Shown: piece after piece, positions 37,372 to 47,505 of the stretch | Layout of the letters: each line of letters starts with the position of its first letter | Position numbering within the stretch: position 1 is the first letter of the stretch | Virus record (IMG/VR): IMGVR_UViG_3300036790_000551 | Span: 1-64,000 of that record | DNA length: 64,000 bases | Direction: 5' to 3' (one strand) | Source: a virus | Position numbers and translations under genes: made by a program | Notes under the pieces: model-generated | The model's input: the letters and a program-made list of their open reading frames with translations, nothing else | What the model was told of the DNA's origin: nothing | The model's database searches: none

Positions 37372-37764
37372 TTGAATTCATTGAAGTTCCTTCGCAAGGA
37401 TAAGGACGGCGGCCCAAAATCGACCGTCACGGGATACTGGCTGACTGAGTTAAAAAGGCTCTTCAGCGTCGTGTTGTTGAAGTTCGAGAACGGAAGCCGC
37501 GAAGAATACCACTCCCATGCCTTCACGAGCCTAAACTGGGTCCTCAGTGGCCGAGTTGTTGAGCAACACGTCCAGGGAATCGAGCAGGTCCATGGGCCGA
37601 GCGTCTGGCCGGTCATTACGCACCGTCACACGTACCATCGGGTGGTGAGTGAGGGGACGACCTGGGTCTTCTCTCTCCGCGGACCATGGGCCAAGACCTG
37701 GCTTGAGTTCGACCCGAAGACGAAGCGGGAGACCACTCTGACGCACGGCCGAAAGGAAGTCTGA
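37372..37764 (+). CDS. cupin-fold protein
   Basis: YHSHAF....VLSG...E...TYHRV. Confidence 0.55.
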   Translation: MNSLKFLRKDKDGGPKSTVTGYWLTELKRLFSVVLLKFENGSREEYHSHAFTSLNWVLSGRVVEQHVQGIEQVHGPSVWPVITHRHTYHRVVSEGTTWVFSLRGPWAKTWLEFDPKTKRETTLTHGRKEV

Positions 37765-37944
37765 TGCTACGCTGTAGTCGGTACGTTTATCATGACTGCC
37801 CGAACCCCCCGACGCTAGTCGGACTTCCGTGGCCGACTCCGCTGTGTGAGGAGTGCGCCGTGGGTTGGTGTGACGGACCGAATCCGTTAGGACAGAAGGA
37901 AGTTCGTCCGATGACTGAGGATGAGTTGCGAAGGGTTAGAGAGA

Positions 37945-38529
37945 ATGGGTGACTGCGCTGACGATACGATGAACTGGGAGGACGAGCCTGGAGACCACTA
38001 CGTCGGCGACGGCGGTTTGAGTGACCAACGGCTAGATGAGTATATTCGCGGGCCTGACCGGTTTCGGCGGACATCGACGTATGACCCGAACTCGGAGCGG
38101 GCTAGGTTCGGTCGCGGTTCCGAGGTCTTCCTCGTTGGTCAGTTGAACAAACTCTGTCCCCAGGGAATGCGTCGCGTTCAACTGCTCACCGACAAACAGT
38201 TCCTCACGGCACGGGAAGCCATCGAGAACTCGCGCAACGGCGATGCCGTCGTTCAGGAAATGATTCCCGGGATGGGTTGGCGGCGCCGGCGAACGTTAGA
38301 ACTGAAGTCATCCGACGGCTGGCCGAACGTCACGATTTCAGACAGCGAGTTGGCAGAGAGTGAGGCCGAGTTCATCGTGGCCCTCACCGTCGTTAAGAAC
38401 GACCTGGCCATCTGGGCCTGCACAATGGAAAGCGCACGTGAACACTCCTTCATGCCAGGCAATGCCCGCTTCTGGGTCGTGCCTCGAGACCGAGTGCCGA
38501 CCGTACCCTTGCGAGAGGTGCTGCAGTGA
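37945..38529 (+). CDS. hypothetical protein
   Basis: ORF coupled to neighbours; start uncertain. Confidence 0.45.
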   Translation: MGDCADDTMNWEDEPGDHYVGDGGLSDQRLDEYIRGPDRFRRTSTYDPNSERARFGRGSEVFLVGQLNKLCPQGMRRVQLLTDKQFLTAREAIENSRNGDAVVQEMIPGMGWRRRRTLELKSSDGWPNVTISDSELAESEAEFIVALTVVKNDLAIWACTMESAREHSFMPGNARFWVVPRDRVPTVPLREVLQ

Positions 38530-38606
38530 GGGTCGCCTTCACCGGCCACCGGCCGGACAGGATTAACCATCGCGTCAACGAGGTCTATTCGGCCATCCAC
38601 GGATGA
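38526..38606 (+). pseudogene. 26-codon remnant of a YspA/SLOG-family gene
   Basis: (M)RVAFTGHRPDRI N-terminal motif, then early stop. Confidence 0.55.
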
Positions 38607-38625
38607 TTAAGTGGGAGAACGATGA

Positions 38626-41600
38626 GTGATTACTCAGATGACTGACCGACGCATCTCCAACCTGCACGGTCATTCATGCTTCAGTTTCCAAGACGGAATC
38701 TGCACTCCCGAGGAAATAATCGAGGCCGCTAAGGCCAAGGGCCTCCGCTCTGTGGCGCTCACGGACCACGGTCACGCACACGGCCACGGCAGGTTCTACT
38801 TGGCCGGCAAGAAGGCCGGAGTCCGCACCCTTCTCGGAATGGAGGCCTATTGCATCAATGACTTCGCCGAGTGGCATGAGTTCAAGGACAAGGTGGCTGA
38901 GGAGAAGCGGGCCCAGAAGGCCGCCGGCAAGGGCGTCGTCCCGTCAATCGACCCGAACGAGGAGCCTGAGGGGCCTGTCGATAAGGCCGCGCTTCTCAAG
39001 GCCATGTCCAAGGTCCTCTATCGCAAGGGCCACCTCGTCCTCCTTGCCCAGAACCGAACCGGCCTCGCGAACATCTACCGCCTCCAGTTCAAGGCCCACA
39101 AGCACGGGTACTACCAGAAGCCGCGCATCGACAAGCGGATGTTGGCCGAGCACGCCGAGGGCATCGTGGCCTCGTCGGCCTGCATGGGCGGAATTCTAAG
39201 CCAGAAAATCTGGGGATTGGAGCGCGGCGAACTCGAGTGGAGCGACGTGGTTCGTGAGGCCCAGGAGTACGCTGAGATATTTCCCGGTCGCTTCTTCCTC
39301 GAACTACAGAGCAACGAGGCGGCGGGCCAACGCTACATCAACGAGCACCTCATCCGGCTCTCCCAGGAGACGGGACTGCCGTTAAACGTCACGATGGACG
39401 CCCACTACGTGGACCCGGAGGACTGGCGCTCACAGCAGATGCTCCACATGCTGATGACCCACCGGGGCGGAAAGGCCCTGACTTTGAACAACCTGCCAGA
39501 GGGTTATTCGTTCGACGTGCGGTCGCTGTTCATCAAGAGCGGCGACGAGTTGTGGGAGAGTTTCCGCCGCCTGAACCCTGAAGTCGACGAGACCACGCTG
39601 GCGCGGGCCTTCGACAACACCCTTTACGCAGACAGTCTCATCAGTGACTTCGAGCCGGACACCTCGATGCGCCTTCCGTCCCTGCCGTATGAGGACACGC
39701 TCGCCGAACTTAGGAGGTCTGCCGCGGCCGGGCTCGTGGCCAAGGGCCTGGTGACCAACGACCAGTACATCGAGCGCCTCAAGTACGAACTCGGCGTCAT
39801 CAAGGAGAAGGGAATCGCGAATTACTTCCTAGTGGTCCGTAACATCTGTGACAGCGCCCGGAAGGAAATGCGCATCGGACCTGGGAGAGGCTCGAGTGCA
39901 GGGTCTTTGATTTGCTACCTGACCGGCATCACGAACATTGACCCGATAGAACACAAGTTGATGTTCGAGCGGTTCATCAACCTGGACCGAGTTGAGTTGC
40001 CGGACATCGACCTCGACTTCGAGGACGTGGACCGCATCAAGGACATTCTCCGTCGCGACTTCGGTGAGGACAACGTTGCGTGTCTCAGCGCCTTCGGAAC
40101 GTCCCAGATTAAGGGCCTGATGAAGGACGTCTGCCGCGTGCACGGCATCGACCACCAGGAGTGCAACCGCACAAACGCCCTCATCGAGCGGGAGATGAAG
40201 GCCCTTTACTCCGAGGGGGAGGGCGTCACTCGGTCGGCAATCACGATTAAACTCGACGACGTCTATCGTCTCAGTCCGTCGTTCAACGCCTTCATCGAGA
40301 AGTATCCCCAGATAGAGCGGGCCATCAAGTCCCTGTACGGCCGCGAGCACCACGTCAGCCGGCACGCCTCAGGCGTCGTCATCGGCGACGACCTGCCGGC
40401 CGAGACCTCTGTCTTCACGTCAAAGGGCGTGGTCCAGGCCTCGTTCACGGACGGAATCGTCGGAAAGACGGCGAGCAGCATGGGCCTGGTGAAGTTCGAC
40501 ATCCTGTCGCTCGCCACGCTCAAGGTCATCGCCAAGGCCCTCGAACTAATTGCCGAACGGACAGGGCGGACCGTGTCCGACGTCGACCGTGAAATCGACC
40601 CGAAAGTCATGGACTTTAACAATCTAGACGTCCTGAAGAAGGTCTTCTGGGAGGGCAACACAACCGGCATCTTCTCCGTGACTTCCGCTGGCATGGTTAA
40701 ACTCTTCCAGCGAGTAAAACCGACCTCATTCGATGACGTTGCCGCCGTTACGGCCCTCTTCCGCCCGGGCCCACTCGGCTCGAAGATGGACGTGATGTTC
40801 GCCAATCGCAAGAACGGCCTCGAGGAGGTCACGTACGACCATCCGATACTCGAGAGCATCATGAAGGACACCTACGGATGTCTCGTCTATCAAGAGCAGA
40901 TGCTGGAAATCGGCCGTCTGATGGGAAAGATGTCATGGAAGGACACCAACCGGCTCCGCAAGTTATTCCTCAAGAAGGACAAGAGCAAGGCGGACGGCTA
41001 CATCGACGAGGAGGAGCGGTACCTCAAGTCCACCCTCATCAAGGGCGTCGTCGAGAATGGGCTCACCGAAGAGCACGGGGAGAAACTCTGGGAGATGTGC
41101 GGGAAGTTCGGGGGCTACGGGTTTAACCGTTCACATTCATATGCCTACGCCATGGTCACGATGCAGACCGCGTACCTGCGCTACCACTACCCGCTCGAGT
41201 TCTTCGCGGCGTTGCTTACGGTCGGTCAGGCCGTCGACCTTCAGACGTACGTGAACGAGATTCGGGCCCAGGGCTTCGAGGTGCTGCCGGTCGACGTCAA
41301 CAGGTCCAAGGCCGCGCACGTCATGGAAGGCAACGCCATCAGGCTCGCCCTCTCCTCTGTGAAGGGCATCGGGCCATCCGCCGTGCAGAAGATTGTGGAC
41401 CACCAGCCCTACGCGGACTGGGAGGCCTTCCTTCTCGACAGCACCTGCTCGAAGACCATCGTGAACGCACTCATCGGTTGCGGGGCCTTCACGGAACTCT
41501 GTCCGGGCCTCTCCGTACGCACCCTGGACGCCCGCCACACCCACTTTCGTGGGGACAAGAAACTCTCCCACAAGAAGAACCGAGACACCGTCCGACCCAC

Positions 41601-42084
41601 GCTGGAGGCCATCTGGGCCGATGCGGATGACCCCATCGAACTGATGGAGCGGGAGCGTGAACTGCTCGGCTTCAACCTTCGCGGGACTCCCTTCGGCATC
41701 AACGGCCGTTACGACAAGGTCGACCGGCTCGTTGAGCAAGGCATCTGCTCCCGCGGTTGGGCTGAGTTCGTCGAGGACCAGTCAGAGCCTGTGCTTGTGG
41801 CCCCGCTCCTGGTGAAGTCCATCAAGGAGCGGGCGCAGAAGAACGGAAAACTCATGGCTTTCCTTCGACTAGAGGACCGTGACGGCAACGATTACGAGGC
41901 ACCGGCGTTCGGTAACGTCTGGGGGCACGTCCGGGAGCACGTCCGGCAGGGGGACGTCTACGTGTGCATCCTCCACCGCAAGGAGGAGGAACCGGACCGG
42001 TTCATCGTGGGGCGGCCGGGTTGGGCCCAGACCGCGAAGTCGGCCCAGCAGAGTTTCATTCCGATTGACAGGCTCACCGTTTAG
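38626..42084 (+). CDS. dnaE: DNA polymerase III alpha subunit
   Basis: PHP domain LHGHS.FS..DG/TDHG; GRGSSAGS; PDIDLDF; HASGV; KFDIL; YGFNRSHS; OB fold. Confidence 0.95.
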   Translation: MITQMTDRRISNLHGHSCFSFQDGICTPEEIIEAAKAKGLRSVALTDHGHAHGHGRFYLAGKKAGVRTLLGMEAYCINDFAEWHEFKDKVAEEKRAQKAAGKGVVPSIDPNEEPEGPVDKAALLKAMSKVLYRKGHLVLLAQNRTGLANIYRLQFKAHKHGYYQKPRIDKRMLAEHAEGIVASSACMGGILSQKIWGLERGELEWSDVVREAQEYAEIFPGRFFLELQSNEAAGQRYINEHLIRLSQETGLPLNVTMDAHYVDPEDWRSQQMLHMLMTHRGGKALTLNNLPEGYSFDVRSLFIKSGDELWESFRRLNPEVDETTLARAFDNTLYADSLISDFEPDTSMRLPSLPYEDTLAELRRSAAAGLVAKGLVTNDQYIERLKYELGVIKEKGIANYFLVVRNICDSARKEMRIGPGRGSSAGSLICYLTGITNIDPIEHKLMFERFINLDRVELPDIDLDFEDVDRIKDILRRDFGEDNVACLSAFGTSQIKGLMKDVCRVHGIDHQECNRTNALIEREMKALYSEGEGVTRSAITIKLDDVYRLSPSFNAFIEKYPQIERAIKSLYGREHHVSRHASGVVIGDDLPAETSVFTSKGVVQASFTDGIVGKTASSMGLVKFDILSLATLKVIAKALELIAERTGRTVSDVDREIDPKVMDFNNLDVLKKVFWEGNTTGIFSVTSAGMVKLFQRVKPTSFDDVAAVTALFRPGPLGSKMDVMFANRKNGLEEVTYDHPILESIMKDTYGCLVYQEQMLEIGRLMGKMSWKDTNRLRKLFLKKDKSKADGYIDEEERYLKSTLIKGVVENGLTEEHGEKLWEMCGKFGGYGFNRSHSYAYAMVTMQTAYLRYHYPLEFFAALLTVGQAVDLQTYVNEIRAQGFEVLPVDVNRSKAAHVMEGNAIRLALSSVKGIGPSAVQKIVDHQPYADWEAFLLDSTCSKTIVNALIGCGAFTELCPGLSVRTLDARHTHFRGDKKLSHKKNRDTVRPTLEAIWADADDPIELMERERELLGFNLRGTPFGINGRYDKVDRLVEQGICSRGWAEFVEDQSEPVLVAPLLVKSIKERAQKNGKLMAFLRLEDRDGNDYEAPAFGNVWGHVREHVRQGDVYVCILHRKEEEPDRFIVGRPGWAQTAKSAQQSFIPIDRLTV

Positions 42085-42396
42085 TGATATGATTGAATGG
42101 GATGCATGAGTACGCGGAGCCCGATAGGTGGGGACGGACGTTCCGCACCTGCACAGCGTGCTTCTATCGGGCCCGTCGCGACGACCGGTACACGATAATT
42201 GACAACGCGTGTCCCGCCTGCAACGGGGGCACGTTGGTCCTTGAGAGCGACCTCCCTGCCTGCTTCTGGGGCGTGATGTGGCTCTGCTTCATTGTTCGAA
42301 TCGTGATGACCGGCTGGCACGCTGAGTTGATGCAGGACGATGCGAGGCTCCGGTTCTCGCTGATGGAATTGGATTGAAAGGTGATAGGATACCGGC

Positions 42397-43383
42397 ATGG
42401 CTGACACCGCACTCGTCGTACCCAGCATTCGGGAGGACAGCCTCAAGAGGTTCATCCGTGAGTGGGAACCGACCGGTTTATTCGACCGCGTCGACCTCAT
42501 AATCATGGAGGACAATTCGCAGAAGTCATTCGAGACGCCTGCGGCCGCCAAACTCCATCTCTGCTGGGAGGACATCGATAACCACGACTGGGGTTGGATA
42601 ATCCCGCGACGGTCAGACACCGTGCGGTCGTACGCCTACTGGCGGGCCTGGAGCGACGGCTACGACTACCTGATGTCGTTTGACGATGACGTCTACCCCG
42701 AGCCCGGGTACGAACCGGTCGATGAAATACACAAGTCGATGCTCACCCGAACCAAGTGGTTCAACACGTTGAACAGCGTGCGACCCCGTGGCACACCGTA
42801 CTACAACCTCGGTCAGCGCCAGGTCCACGTCAACCACGGGCTCTGGACCGGTGTGCTCGACTACGACGCCCCGCAGCAACTGGTGAACCCGATACCCGAG
42901 ACGTTCACCCATGACAACCGCATCGTTCCGCACGGAGCGTTCTTCTCCTTCTGTGGAATGAACGTGATTTTCCGTCGCGAGGCGATGGTGCTCAGTTACC
43001 ACCTCATGATGGGCCAGATGATGACCGACAGCGGTCAACTCGAACGGCTCTTTGCGGATAGAATGGGGGACATTTGGTGCGGCATCATCATGAAGAAGGT
43101 CTGCGACCACCTCCGCTGGGCCGTCAGCAGCGGCACCCCGTACATCCACCACGACCGAGCATCGAACCCGTTCACCAATCTTAGGAAGGAGGCTCCAGGA
43201 ATTGAGGTGAACGAGTGGTTCTGGCAACGCATCGATGAAATCAGGCTCACCGCTAAGACTGCAGTCGGATGCTACAAACAGATAGCGAACGGCGTCCGGG
43301 GCTTCGGCGGTGAACACGCCGCATACTGGGACCGGCTCGCCGAGGCGATGGACGTCTGGGCCTCGCTGTTCATTGGCGGCTGA
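42397..43383 (+). CDS. RGP / UDP-arabinopyranose mutase family protein (GT75)
   Basis: PSIR, FDDD, RGTPY, HGLW....DYDAPQQL, CGMN, DIWCG...KKVCDHL, PYIHH.RASNPF.NL.KE..GI match the plant RGP consensus. Confidence 0.88.
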   Translation: MADTALVVPSIREDSLKRFIREWEPTGLFDRVDLIIMEDNSQKSFETPAAAKLHLCWEDIDNHDWGWIIPRRSDTVRSYAYWRAWSDGYDYLMSFDDDVYPEPGYEPVDEIHKSMLTRTKWFNTLNSVRPRGTPYYNLGQRQVHVNHGLWTGVLDYDAPQQLVNPIPETFTHDNRIVPHGAFFSFCGMNVIFRREAMVLSYHLMMGQMMTDSGQLERLFADRMGDIWCGIIMKKVCDHLRWAVSSGTPYIHHDRASNPFTNLRKEAPGIEVNEWFWQRIDEIRLTAKTAVGCYKQIANGVRGFGGEHAAYWDRLAEAMDVWASLFIGG

Positions 43384-43835
43384 TGTCATACTCGGGAACC
43401 TATAAGGGAGTTCGCTTCCGGTCGCTGCTGGAACTGTCAGTCATCAAAAACCTCGAATCCGCCGGGTTTGTGTTGGGTGCCACGATGCTCTACGAGACGA
43501 CTAGGATTCCCTATGGAAAGACTAGGGTGAGGACCTACATCGTCGACCTAACGCTCCCTCAGATGAAAACGTTAGTCGAGGTGAAGCCCAGTTCCCGAGC
43601 CGACAATCGAAACAACCGAGCCAAGCGGTCCGCCGCGGAGGCCTGGTGTCTCGCGAACGGCTGGACGTACGTCATCGTCACCGAGGAGGAGTTGCACGAG
43701 TGCGGCCACGGCATCACCCTCGAGGAGGCAGCGACGATGCCTGACGTGGAGTTGAACGAGCGGGCCAAGCGAGCGAACCGGCGAAAGGCCGCTGCACGGG
43801 CCCGACGGCGTGTTAAGATGAAGGGAAAGAAATGA
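43383..43835 (+). CDS. TnsA-like / gp4-like PD-(D/E)xK endonuclease
   Basis: FRS.LE, YE...IPY, TY.VD, LVEVKP, K..AA..WC, VTE.EL. Confidence 0.75.
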   Translation: MSYSGTYKGVRFRSLLELSVIKNLESAGFVLGATMLYETTRIPYGKTRVRTYIVDLTLPQMKTLVEVKPSSRADNRNNRAKRSAAEAWCLANGWTYVIVTEEELHECGHGITLEEAATMPDVELNERAKRANRRKAAARARRRVKMKGKK

Positions 43836-43995
43836 GCGTAAGGCCAAAACAAGACCCGTTTCGGAGGGTCAGCGGTGACCCGCGGGTCCAACACCAACTC
43901 CTCGCTCGTCGTGTGACTGAACTCGAGGGGACCGTCATAATCCTCGACGCACGGGTGAAACTGCTTGAGGAACTCGTCGCTCATCTCCAAGGTAC

Positions 43996-44535
43996 TTGAG
44001 ATTGACTGACGTTCGTTCAATCATCGTCGAGGGCCCCGATAGGGTCGGCAAGACCACAATCGTCAAGCATCTGTCCCAGTGGATGTACCTGCCTGCCTTC
44101 AAGGCACCCTCCGAGAAGATAATCTTCAAAGAGGGAGGCCGACAGTCCCTGGTGTTCGATTACACCCTCACCCACTTCCTGGCGCAGACCGGTCATAGGT
44201 TCATCAGCGACCGTAGTTATCCAAGTGAGTGCGTGTACTCGAAGGTCTTCGAACGGGACACCGATTGGGACCTCTTGAACCGCATCGATGAGGCCCACTC
44301 CAGCATCGGAACGACGATTCTCTACCTCTACTCGTCGACCGAGCCCACGGAGAAGGACGACCTCGTACCCGACGGGATGTACTGGACGGTCAAGGAGCGG
44401 TACGATTGGTTCCGCGACTGGACCGACTGCCGGGTAGTCTCCTACGATACCGCGGACATGCTGAAGGCATTCGGTGAGGGCTACGACGACAGTCCCCTAC
44501 ACGTCCATCGAATTATGAGGGAAATTTTGAAATGA
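43996..44535 (+). CDS. deoxynucleoside monophosphate kinase
   Basis: IIVEGPDRVGKTT P-loop; ISDRSYPSE.VY. Confidence 0.85.
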   Translation: MRLTDVRSIIVEGPDRVGKTTIVKHLSQWMYLPAFKAPSEKIIFKEGGRQSLVFDYTLTHFLAQTGHRFISDRSYPSECVYSKVFERDTDWDLLNRIDEAHSSIGTTILYLYSSTEPTEKDDLVPDGMYWTVKERYDWFRDWTDCRVVSYDTADMLKAFGEGYDDSPLHVHRIMREILK

Positions 44536-44936
44536 CAGACAGGAAACCGCTACCGACCCTTGTTCAAATCGCCAAGGGCGAGGCTGAGTTCGAGTTCTAT
44601 TCCGATGGAAAGATGCAGTATAGGCTGTGGTGGAGTGAACACGACGACTTCGAGCGTGACCCGGTGTGGCATGAGTTTCACGTCCCCATTCCCGTCGCTG
44701 ATACCGGCGGGGGATTCTTCAATCCCACGATGAAGGGCCTCGAGTTGATGCGTTGGGCTCGTAAGGAACTCGCTCGCCTTCAAGAGGAGGCCGAAATGGT
44801 CGCTAAGGCCCGTGAGGAGTGGTTGACTGAGCAGGACGCGATGATGACGATTATCGAAGCCGACGTTGCCGCCCTCTCCATCACCGAGCGTGGAATTGAA
44901 CTTGATGGCTTCATCAAAAACAAAAAGACGAAGTAG
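44532..44936 (+). CDS. hypothetical protein
   Basis: coupled ORF (ATGA overlap). Confidence 0.5.
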   Translation: MTDRKPLPTLVQIAKGEAEFEFYSDGKMQYRLWWSEHDDFERDPVWHEFHVPIPVADTGGGFFNPTMKGLELMRWARKELARLQEEAEMVAKAREEWLTEQDAMMTIIEADVAALSITERGIELDGFIKNKKTK

Positions 44937-45222
44937 CAAGCGTCGAGGCAATTGCTACGTGACCGCCGAGGCGCTCTACCACCTGTTGGGCGGCAAGGCG
45001 GGCGGCTACACGCCGCACACCGTCCGGCACGAGGGCGCGGTCCACTGGTACCTTGTGCAGAACCTCGATGGGTTCGTCCCGGGCGCGAGGCAGGTCATCG
45101 ACCCAACGGCAGCGCAGTTCAAGACACCGCCGCCGTACCATGAAGGCCGCGGTCGCGGCTTCCTGACGAAGGTCCCGAGCAGGCGGACCCGAGAGATGAT
45201 GAAGAGGATGCTCTACGGATGA
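44905..45222 (+). CDS. small papain/transglutaminase-like protein
   Basis: GNCYVTAEALYH, HWYL, IDPTA.QF (Cys-His-Asp). Confidence 0.5.
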   Translation: MASSKTKRRSSKRRGNCYVTAEALYHLLGGKAGGYTPHTVRHEGAVHWYLVQNLDGFVPGARQVIDPTAAQFKTPPPYHEGRGRGFLTKVPSRRTREMMKRMLYG

Positions 45223-46403
45223 GGATAGGCTATCTCTTCCGCGGTTACCTTGGTGACGTCAAGTGGGACGCGGCCGGCAACGAGGTCTCCACTCCTGACG
45301 GCAATGCCACATACTCGTGGTCAATCGAGCATGAGTGTGAACGGAGGAAGCATAAACTGATTCCACTCGGAGAGAACCTCGACGCGCCGGCAGCCGCATC
45401 CCTCGGGCCCGACCTCTTCAAGGCCTTCAGCGGCTCCAAGCGGGCCAAGTCATACGAGCGGATGCTCCGTCGCGGCTGGTCCCGGCTCTCTGAACGAACG
45501 TTTCCTGCGCTCGACCTGGTCCTCGTGGAGTGGCGCTGGCCCATTCCCGGTCGAAACACCCCAGCGGACCGAGAGAGCGTCGACTACCGGCGTGACCTCG
45601 AGCGACAATGGGAGGTCCTCAGACACTACTCCAATGCCGGCACCCCCATAGTGGTCTGGGACCTCGACCACAAACTGACCGAGTTGGACGTGGAGATGAT
45701 GCAGGCGGCCGACATGCCGGTCCGCTTCATTGAGACCGCAGTCAAGCCTAAGGCTTGGGCCCGACGAGTTGAGCCTCCGACGCTCGTCGCGGACCTCTGC
45801 CAGCACGACATCAACCCCCGCCTGCCCTCTCACCACCTGGGCTACGTCGGCTCCCGTTACGAGCGGGACGAGACGATAGACAAGTGGATTCACCCCATCG
45901 CGAACGTGAACGGGCATCGGGCCAAGTTCTGGGGAAAATGGGAGCCCTCTGATGAGGTCCGGACCCGCTGGCCGGGAATCACCTTTGCGGGCAGGATTGG
46001 AGTCAGGGACTTCTATGATGCTTATTCAAGAGTTGCAGCGGTTCCGTTGCTGGCAAAGCAGTCGTACTACAGGTCCGGCTTCATTACCCCTCGAGTTTGG
46101 GAGGCGGTCCTGTTCGGCTCCATTCCCATTGGGCTCGCCGGCCACCGCGGCATCGGTCAATACGTGGAGCGGGTGGCCATTGACTCACGGGGCCTCCTTG
46201 AGGCGGCCACGGAGATTCGCAACATCTCATCAATCCGCCGTCGCGTTCTGCGGGAGGAGGCGGCGCATAGGTTATCCCATATGGACGCTCGGCATTTCGT
46301 CGACGTTCTCGAGGGGTTGGTAGATGCGGTGGCCAAGGATTTTGAGTCGACCGCTGAAGTTCCTGAGACGCAAGAAGGCACAGAACATGGCAACCAAGAG
46401 TAA
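45219..46403 (+). CDS. GT-B glycosyltransferase, candidate DNA glycosyltransferase
   Basis: VVWDLD, LGYVGSRYER, FAGRI, FITPRVWEA..FG.IP resemble the T4 BGT-like C-terminal domain. Confidence 0.7.
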   Translation: MRIGYLFRGYLGDVKWDAAGNEVSTPDGNATYSWSIEHECERRKHKLIPLGENLDAPAAASLGPDLFKAFSGSKRAKSYERMLRRGWSRLSERTFPALDLVLVEWRWPIPGRNTPADRESVDYRRDLERQWEVLRHYSNAGTPIVVWDLDHKLTELDVEMMQAADMPVRFIETAVKPKAWARRVEPPTLVADLCQHDINPRLPSHHLGYVGSRYERDETIDKWIHPIANVNGHRAKFWGKWEPSDEVRTRWPGITFAGRIGVRDFYDAYSRVAAVPLLAKQSYYRSGFITPRVWEAVLFGSIPIGLAGHRGIGQYVERVAIDSRGLLEAATEIRNISSIRRRVLREEAAHRLSHMDARHFVDVLEGLVDAVAKDFESTAEVPETQEGTEHGNQE

Positions 46404-46770
46404 CAACAACCCCGAGGCAAACCTCAAGATTCAGTGGCACCTGGACGGCGACGGCATGCGGCCGGTTGAGACCGCGTTCGGGTACGCGGTCCGCAACCCG
46501 CTCGTGGCTTCGATTCCCCCGGGGGCGACCCGCCGGATTGACTTACACGTCGCCACCGACCATCCGATGCACGTGTGGCCCACTCGCGCTCACGCCCCTC
46601 ATTCTCGGGTTGTGAGTGTGGTCCCGGGAATCCTTCAGCCGGGTGAGGACCTGATGATTGACATCGAGAATAAGAGTCAGCACGTCACCCTCACCGTGGA
46701 GACCAAGGAGGTCCTCGTGAACCTCTCTCCCGTCGTCCTACCGGCCGGTATCGCGACGGAGGTCGCGTGA
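46387..46770 (+). CDS. degenerate trimeric dUTPase-like protein
   Basis: IPPGATRRIDL.V...PR-like and PGI...G motifs; catalytic motifs eroded. Confidence 0.4.
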   Translation: MATKSNNNPEANLKIQWHLDGDGMRPVETAFGYAVRNPLVASIPPGATRRIDLHVATDHPMHVWPTRAHAPHSRVVSVVPGILQPGEDLMIDIENKSQHVTLTVETKEVLVNLSPVVLPAGIATEVA

Positions 46771-46771
46771 G

Positions 46772-47161
46772 ATGAAGCGGACGTTCCGACGACCCGACGG
46801 CGCAGAGGAGACCCTCGAGGGAACCCCCGAGGAGTTGGCCGAGCACGAGCGTCGGCTTCGAGAGCAATCCCAGCCCGTCAAGGCTCCGCCTGACCAGACC
46901 CGAGACGTTCTCCTCGGTAAGACGATGGAGGAGTGGAAGCAATGGCTCGACGAACTCAAGAAGTTGAATCCGTCGTTTCCGCCGCTTCCGCAACCCGAAC
47001 CGTTAATCCACCCTGGGCCAATCTGGATTGTTTCTTGCAGTCTGTGTCAATCCTATCCGTGTCGTTGCAAATCTCTCGGGTGGCCGCATGGGACCATCAC
47101 CGTCACCGGCACGACTGCTTTCATACCCCGGATTGACACGCAGGGTTGGCTGCTGGACTGA
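46772..47161 (+). CDS. hypothetical protein
   Basis: EGTPEELA motif; CxxC..PCxC. Confidence 0.45.
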   Translation: MKRTFRRPDGAEETLEGTPEELAEHERRLREQSQPVKAPPDQTRDVLLGKTMEEWKQWLDELKKLNPSFPPLPQPEPLIHPGPIWIVSCSLCQSYPCRCKSLGWPHGTITVTGTTAFIPRIDTQGWLLD

Positions 47162-47505
47162 CCGTGTCCGAGATACAGCGACTGCTACGGGTCGCGCAGC
47201 GCCGGTCGACGGCGCGTGAGTATCGCTTTCCGCGATTCAAACTCCAGCGCTCACTGGAGGAGCGGCTGCGGGTCCGGCTCAAGGAGTTGAACATCAGTTC
47301 CGCTGCCTTCATGGAGGCCGTCGTCACGGGCTTCGTGGAGGGCCATCCCTCCGTCATGGCCATGATTGACCAATGGACGCGGGAGAACGAGACCGATTTC
47401 CAGGACGAGAAGCCCTCGCTGCGCTTGAAGGAGTTAGGCGAGGTCTACGGCGCCATCGCGGCCGGCGATGGCCTTATGACTGATGAGGAGAAGGACAATG
47501 AGTAA
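47146..47505 (+). CDS. possible ribbon-helix-helix DNA-binding protein
   Basis: FKLQRSLEERL...LKELNISSAAFMEAVV. Confidence 0.35.
   Translation: MAAGLTVSEIQRLLRVAQRRSTAREYRFPRFKLQRSLEERLRVRLKELNISSAAFMEAVVTGFVEGHPSVMAMIDQWTRENETDFQDEKPSLRLKELGEVYGAIAAGDGLMTDEEKDNE

Noticed and set aside
43383-43835. Tn7-like transposon
   Set aside because: Lone TnsA-like nuclease, no TnsB/C or ends; common as a phage head-completion-type nuclease
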